Source: a virus (taxonomy: Duplodnaviria > Caudoviricetes). Taken from it: a stretch of 64,000 bases of DNA. Numbering within the stretch: the stretch's first letter is position 1; every line of letters begins with the position of its first letter. Shown piece after piece: positions 60,670 to 64,000 of the stretch. The translations under genes and the position numbers were made by a program. The notes below the pieces were generated by a model. The model was not told where the DNA came from. It saw only the letters and a program-made list of their open reading frames with translations, and did no database searches. The stretch spans positions 61 to 64,060 of the IMG/VR virus record IMGVR_UViG_3300031454_000241; one strand, written 5' to 3'.

Positions 60670-61560
60670 TCAAAGAATCATTCCTGAGGCGGTGCGCTGC
60701 TGGCTGTTGCCGAACGTCGGCGACCGGCCTCGATCGAACTGCGGTTCGCGACTGACCCAGGTCTTCCACGCCGCGTCCCAGTTGACGAACCGGGTGGCGT
60801 GGGAATCGTGGTGATTGACGAACGCCTCCCAGACCTTCGGCACCTTCTGCGGCGAGATACCGTGCTCGACGGCGTAGGCCTGCCGATCAGGTGACAGGTC
60901 GAACCCGTCGGGCATCAGGGTGCTGGCGGTCGATCGCCTCGGCTTGGGGCCTGTCGGTGGCGCGGAGGGCGGCGGATCGTCCTGAGGCGGTTCTGCCGGG
61001 ATGGTCGGATCGGCTGACTCCGGTTCAATGCCAACAGCGATGCTTTCGCGCGCGCTCGAACGAGCGTTAGCTCGTTCTTTGCTCTGGTCTGCTCTGTTCT
61101 CCTCTTCTCTCCTCTGTTCTGGCGTCACCGTGTTGTTCTCTGCGTCACGCTGCGTCACATCGTCATTTCGTGCGTCACCGAGCGTCACGTCGTTAGGCGG
61201 TTCGTCACCGGTCGGTTGCTGTGATCGCTCCCGGTGACTCCGCATACGTGACGCTGACGAGTCCTCGCGCTTCGGCTGTCGGCGATCCCAACTCACCAGT
61301 CGATCATCGACAATCACGCGTTTGTTCCCGAGAGCTGTGAGGACGGCTGTGATGTCTTCCTCACTGAACCCGGAGAAATCGGCATAGATCTCGGGATCGA
61401 ATCCCGCCACGTTGCCGCGGTCCTCCTGCTGACTGGCGTAGTCACAAAGAGCCCAGAACACCGCTGACACGATTCCAGGTGCAACGCCAGCCTTTCGGCC
61501 GATGGTGATCCATTTGGCGTCAGTCGGCGCTCCATGCCACGATCGAAACCAGTCAGTCAT
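60670..61560 (-). CDS. Phage replication initiator (N-terminal wHTH, C-terminal DnaT-like domain)
   Basis: WFRSWHGAPTDAKW...SAVFWAL; low-complexity middle; FVNHH...NWDAAWKTWV. Confidence 0.85.
   Translation of the reverse strand: MTDWFRSWHGAPTDAKWITIGRKAGVAPGIVSAVFWALCDYASQQEDRGNVAGFDPEIYADFSGFSEEDITAVLTALGNKRVIVDDRLVSWDRRQPKREDSSASRMRSHRERSQQPTGDEPPNDVTLGDARNDDVTQRDAENNTVTPEQRREEENRADQSKERANARSSARESIAVGIEPESADPTIPAEPPQDDPPPSAPPTGPKPRRSTASTLMPDGFDLSPDRQAYAVEHGISPQKVPKVWEAFVNHHDSHATRFVNWDAAWKTWVSREPQFDRGRSPTFGNSQQRTASGMIL
61082..61208. repeat. Probable replication origin: (G)CGTCAC iterons plus pyrimidine tract
   Basis: GCGTCAC at 61122, 61142, 61152, 61172, 61182 with variants at 61161 and 61202 (10-bp phasing); C/T tract 61082-61120; inside the initiator gene. 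Confidence 0.7.
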
Positions 61561-61598
61561 GAGACCTGCTACTCCTCGACGCACACGTAACAGAGAAA

Positions 61599-61642
61599 CG
61601 ACGGATGGGCTGGTTCTGCGGGGACAAGCCAGCCCACGGTCG
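61599..61642 (-). terminator. Terminator-like hairpin between ssb and the initiator
   Basis: TGGGCTGG/CCAGCCCA stem followed by TTTCTCTGTT. Confidence 0.55.
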
Positions 61643-61643
61643 G

Positions 61644-62177
61644 TCAGAACGGGACGTCGCTGGAATCGAACGGCAGGTCCTCGACCGACTGCGGCGGCGA
61701 CGATTGCTGACCACTGGACGCGACGATGCCGCGCGGCACACGGACCCGGATCGCGATCGGTGCCTCCAGAACAGCTCGAATGCCGCCGGACTTCTTCTGG
61801 TGGTGCCGGACCGTCGCCTTGATCTTCCGATCGATCAGCTCGTCGAAGTCGTATTCGATGTTGTCGTCAACCGGCGCCATGGTCAGGGCGGCGATGAAGG
61901 GCCGCAGCTTGGACGGGTAGTCCGGGCTGCCCAGGCTCAGGCTGTAGTACTGGTGGACCTGCTCCCCGTGGAAATCGCTCTGGGGATCCTCGATCGTCCA
62001 GATCAGCCGGATATCGGTGGACTTGGCCCGATGGGGTTTGTTCTTGTCCTGACCATCGGGGTCGTAGAAGGGGTTGTCCCGGGTCTGCGGCTCCCCGACA
62101 TCGGTCAAACGGAAGAGGTAGGTGTCCTCGTCGACGAGGACGTAATCGTTGGCTGGGGCGCTGCTGATCTTGACCAT
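61644..62177 (-). CDS. Phage single-stranded DNA-binding protein (OB-fold type)
   Basis: Beta-rich core and acidic C-terminal tail DLPFDSSDVPF. Confidence 0.8.
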   Translation of the reverse strand: MVKISSAPANDYVLVDEDTYLFRLTDVGEPQTRDNPFYDPDGQDKNKPHRAKSTDIRLIWTIEDPQSDFHGEQVHQYYSLSLGSPDYPSKLRPFIAALTMAPVDDNIEYDFDELIDRKIKATVRHHQKKSGGIRAVLEAPIAIRVRVPRGIVASSGQQSSPPQSVEDLPFDSSDVPF

Positions 62178-62228
62178 GGTGGCGTAGCTCCTGTGGGTCT
62201 GGTTGTCTCGGAAATCCGTCGATATCGG

Positions 62229-62753
62229 TCAGGCCGCGTTCAGCGGCTCGTCATCCCCCTTCCCGCCGTCGACCACCCGCAGGTTGGCCTTCATCGCGAG
62301 GTACGCCAATCGCCGCGTCCTCGGCAGCCGTTCGGCCTTCGGGAGCTGCCGCAGGTTGTCGTGCCGGATCGTGTCGACGGTCGTGGCGACGTTGCCGACG
62401 ACCAGGCGTCGCATCATCGGCGACATGGGCGCGTCTCTCTCGGTCATCGCCATGTGCTCCTTGACGAACGCCGCCTCTGCGTCAACATCCACCGGACTCC
62501 GTTGGGAGAAAGGACCGACAGCAGGTCGGTGATCGCGGTCCGCCAGCGTTGGCCCCATGACGGGCCGCTCGTCGATGAGGCGGTCCGTTGGGTCAAGGGC
62601 CGGTAGGTGCGAAAGCCATTCGTCACGGGGATCGGTCGACGTCGATTCCATTGGGCCATCTGTGGCATACTCCTGGGCACAATCCGTCCAGATTGCCCAT
62701 GCGCCCTGACGTGAGCCATCACGTTGGGGCGTTCTGCGTTCAGTCCGCTGCAT
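62229..62753 (-). CDS. Hypothetical protein
   Basis: 174 aa, ends AA as do other genes here. Confidence 0.55.
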   Translation of the reverse strand: MQRTERRTPQRDGSRQGAWAIWTDCAQEYATDGPMESTSTDPRDEWLSHLPALDPTDRLIDERPVMGPTLADRDHRPAVGPFSQRSPVDVDAEAAFVKEHMAMTERDAPMSPMMRRLVVGNVATTVDTIRHDNLRQLPKAERLPRTRRLAYLAMKANLRVVDGGKGDDEPLNAA

Positions 62754-63096
62754 AGGTCGTCTCCGAAGTGACCGCCGGGACGCTGGCGTCCAAGCGCTGC
62801 CGATCCTGCGTGAACTCCCGAAACGACCGCTGAACCTGCGGCGCCATGATGTCCGCCGCGTGCGCCAGTCCCCGGATCATCGTGAAGGTCTGGTCGAGCG
62901 TGTCGCCGTTGCGCGAGACGAGCTGGTAGGTGGCCTGCATGTCGTCCAGGCACCGGTCGATGGCGATCTGTTCGGCGGGATCAATCGCCCCATCCAGGAG
63001 CGCGGTTCGCAGCGTCAGGCTGGTCCGAGTCACGGCCGCACCGTGCTCATCGATCGTGTCGAGCAGGATGCTGGTCCCACGGCGGGTCATGGGCAT
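62740..63096 (-). CDS. Phage regulatory (CII/YmfL-like) helical protein
   Basis: LLDGAIDPAEQ motif; GGAGG RBS. Confidence 0.5.
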   Translation of the reverse strand: MPMTRRGTSILLDTIDEHGAAVTRTSLTLRTALLDGAIDPAEQIAIDRCLDDMQATYQLVSRNGDTLDQTFTMIRGLAHAADIMAPQVQRSFREFTQDRQRLDASVPAVTSETTYAAD

Positions 63097-63179
63097 GTCG
63101 GTCGGGTCCTCCGGTGTGATCGTTCGCATCGGGCCGATCGCCGATACGCTGTCCGGGTGAGCCATTGGATGGCTTGCCG

Positions 63180-63290
63180 CGGTCAGATGGTCCGGGGTGA
63201 GTGGGACGTGCTCACCGGCTGGTGAAGCGAATCCGCCCGGACCATCTGACCGAAGCACGCCCGGACAAGGTGTCCGGTGGGAGCCGTGCG
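63180..63290 (-). ncRNA. Highly structured intergenic element (multibranch hairpin plus second hairpin)
   Basis: Perfect 16-bp stem 63180-63195/63237-63252 enclosing two sub-hairpins; adjacent CCGGACA-AGG-TGTCCGG hairpin. Confidence 0.55.
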
Positions 63291-63332
63291 TTCGGGGCCG
63301 TAGGAGGGAACTGGAAAGGTGAGCTGGAGGAA

Positions 63333-63728
63333 TCACGCGGCGTCCGTGGCCGGTGGGGATCGCGGCACGGCATGGATGCGTGGGCGCTTATTCGTCCGGC
63401 CCAGCGCCCGCAGCACCGCAATGGGGTATTCGGACTCATCGACGTCCGCCACCGACACCACCGGCGCTGTGGGGACCGGTGCGGCCACCTGTCGCGCCGA
63501 TTCGGTCTGGGCATCGGCCCAGCGGCGAATCTCGGCGACGGCCACCACGCGCCGCCGCCCGACGATGAACGAGGCGATGGCGGCTGGGCCGGTGGCCGGA
63601 ACGGCCAGCCGTCGGCGGAAGAACGACGGCGATACGCCGATCATCGCGGCCGCGTCGTCCAGCGACACCGCCACCGGCTCCATCTCGCGACCGGACCGAA
63701 GCTGAACCGACCTGGATGGCTGGATCAT
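63333..63728 (-). CDS. Excisionase/AlpA-like HTH protein
   Basis: VAVSLDDAAAMIGVSPSFFRR...VGRRRVVAVAEIRRW. Confidence 0.75.
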   Translation of the reverse strand: MIQPSRSVQLRSGREMEPVAVSLDDAAAMIGVSPSFFRRRLAVPATGPAAIASFIVGRRRVVAVAEIRRWADAQTESARQVAAPVPTAPVVSVADVDESEYPIAVLRALGRTNKRPRIHAVPRSPPATDAA

Positions 63729-64000
63729 GCGGCGACCTCCATCTCGTCGAACGTCTTCTCGATCAGGTCACCGGTCAGTGCCCGAACCAGGCTGCGATGG
63801 CAGCAATGGCTATCTCCGGACTGCCCGGCGGGACAGGAGCACTGACAACGGGATGTCAGGTAAAGCCGATTGCGATCCCGCTTGGACGTCACGGCGAACC
63901 AGCCCGGCCTGCCACAGATCGGCGTGGCCCGGACATCGAAGTCATAGACGCGGGTCAGACCGCGCTCGGCACGCTGCCGGTCCGTGAGGCGGGTATTCAT
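63725..64000 (-). CDS. SWIM-type zinc-finger protein
   Basis: CSCPAG...CCHR; starts at the window edge. Confidence 0.7.
   Translation of the reverse strand: MNTRLTDRQRAERGLTRVYDFDVRATPICGRPGWFAVTSKRDRNRLYLTSRCQCSCPAGQSGDSHCCHRSLVRALTGDLIEKTFDEMEVAA

Overview
The window is most of a high-GC tailed (siphovirus-like) phage or prophage genome. No integrase, rRNA or host housekeeping genes are visible. Layout: (1) 431-2164, a short leftward unit with an XRE-type HTH gene, small ORFs and an atypical tRNA-Lys(UUU). (2) 2285-8477, a rightward early operon from a sigma70-type promoter, including a T4 Rnl1-like RNA ligase and a catalytically degenerate amidase. (3) 8671-49335, a leftward late region: terminase (TerL carries an intein), portal, MuF, scaffold, capsid, head-tail, tail tube, chaperones, tape measure, tail/fibre genes and a large lysis cassette (an intein-split NlpC/P60 lysin, a second amidase, papain-like protease, thermonuclease, holins). 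Many small accessory genes are inserted in the head module, including a clear Tad1-like signal sponge. (4) 49397-64000, a leftward replication/early block: RusA, HNHs, helicase-methyltransferase fusion, MazG-like, primase-helicase, initiator with iterons, SSB, Xis-like HTH. The most notable signals are: an orphan Cas7/RAMP-like gene preceded by a 271-bp non-coding array of 48 phased pentamers in 8 blocks (candidate RNA-guided system that is not a CRISPR array); an HNH nuclease gene with its own SD hidden in an alternative frame inside the TerL intein; an intein at the catalytic Cys of a cell-wall hydrolase; an HNH element that supplies a recoded replacement C-terminus for the methyltransferase it invaded; and three Com-like zinc ribbons associated with promoter + leader-hairpin modules. 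All family calls come from motif recognition by eye, not from database searches.
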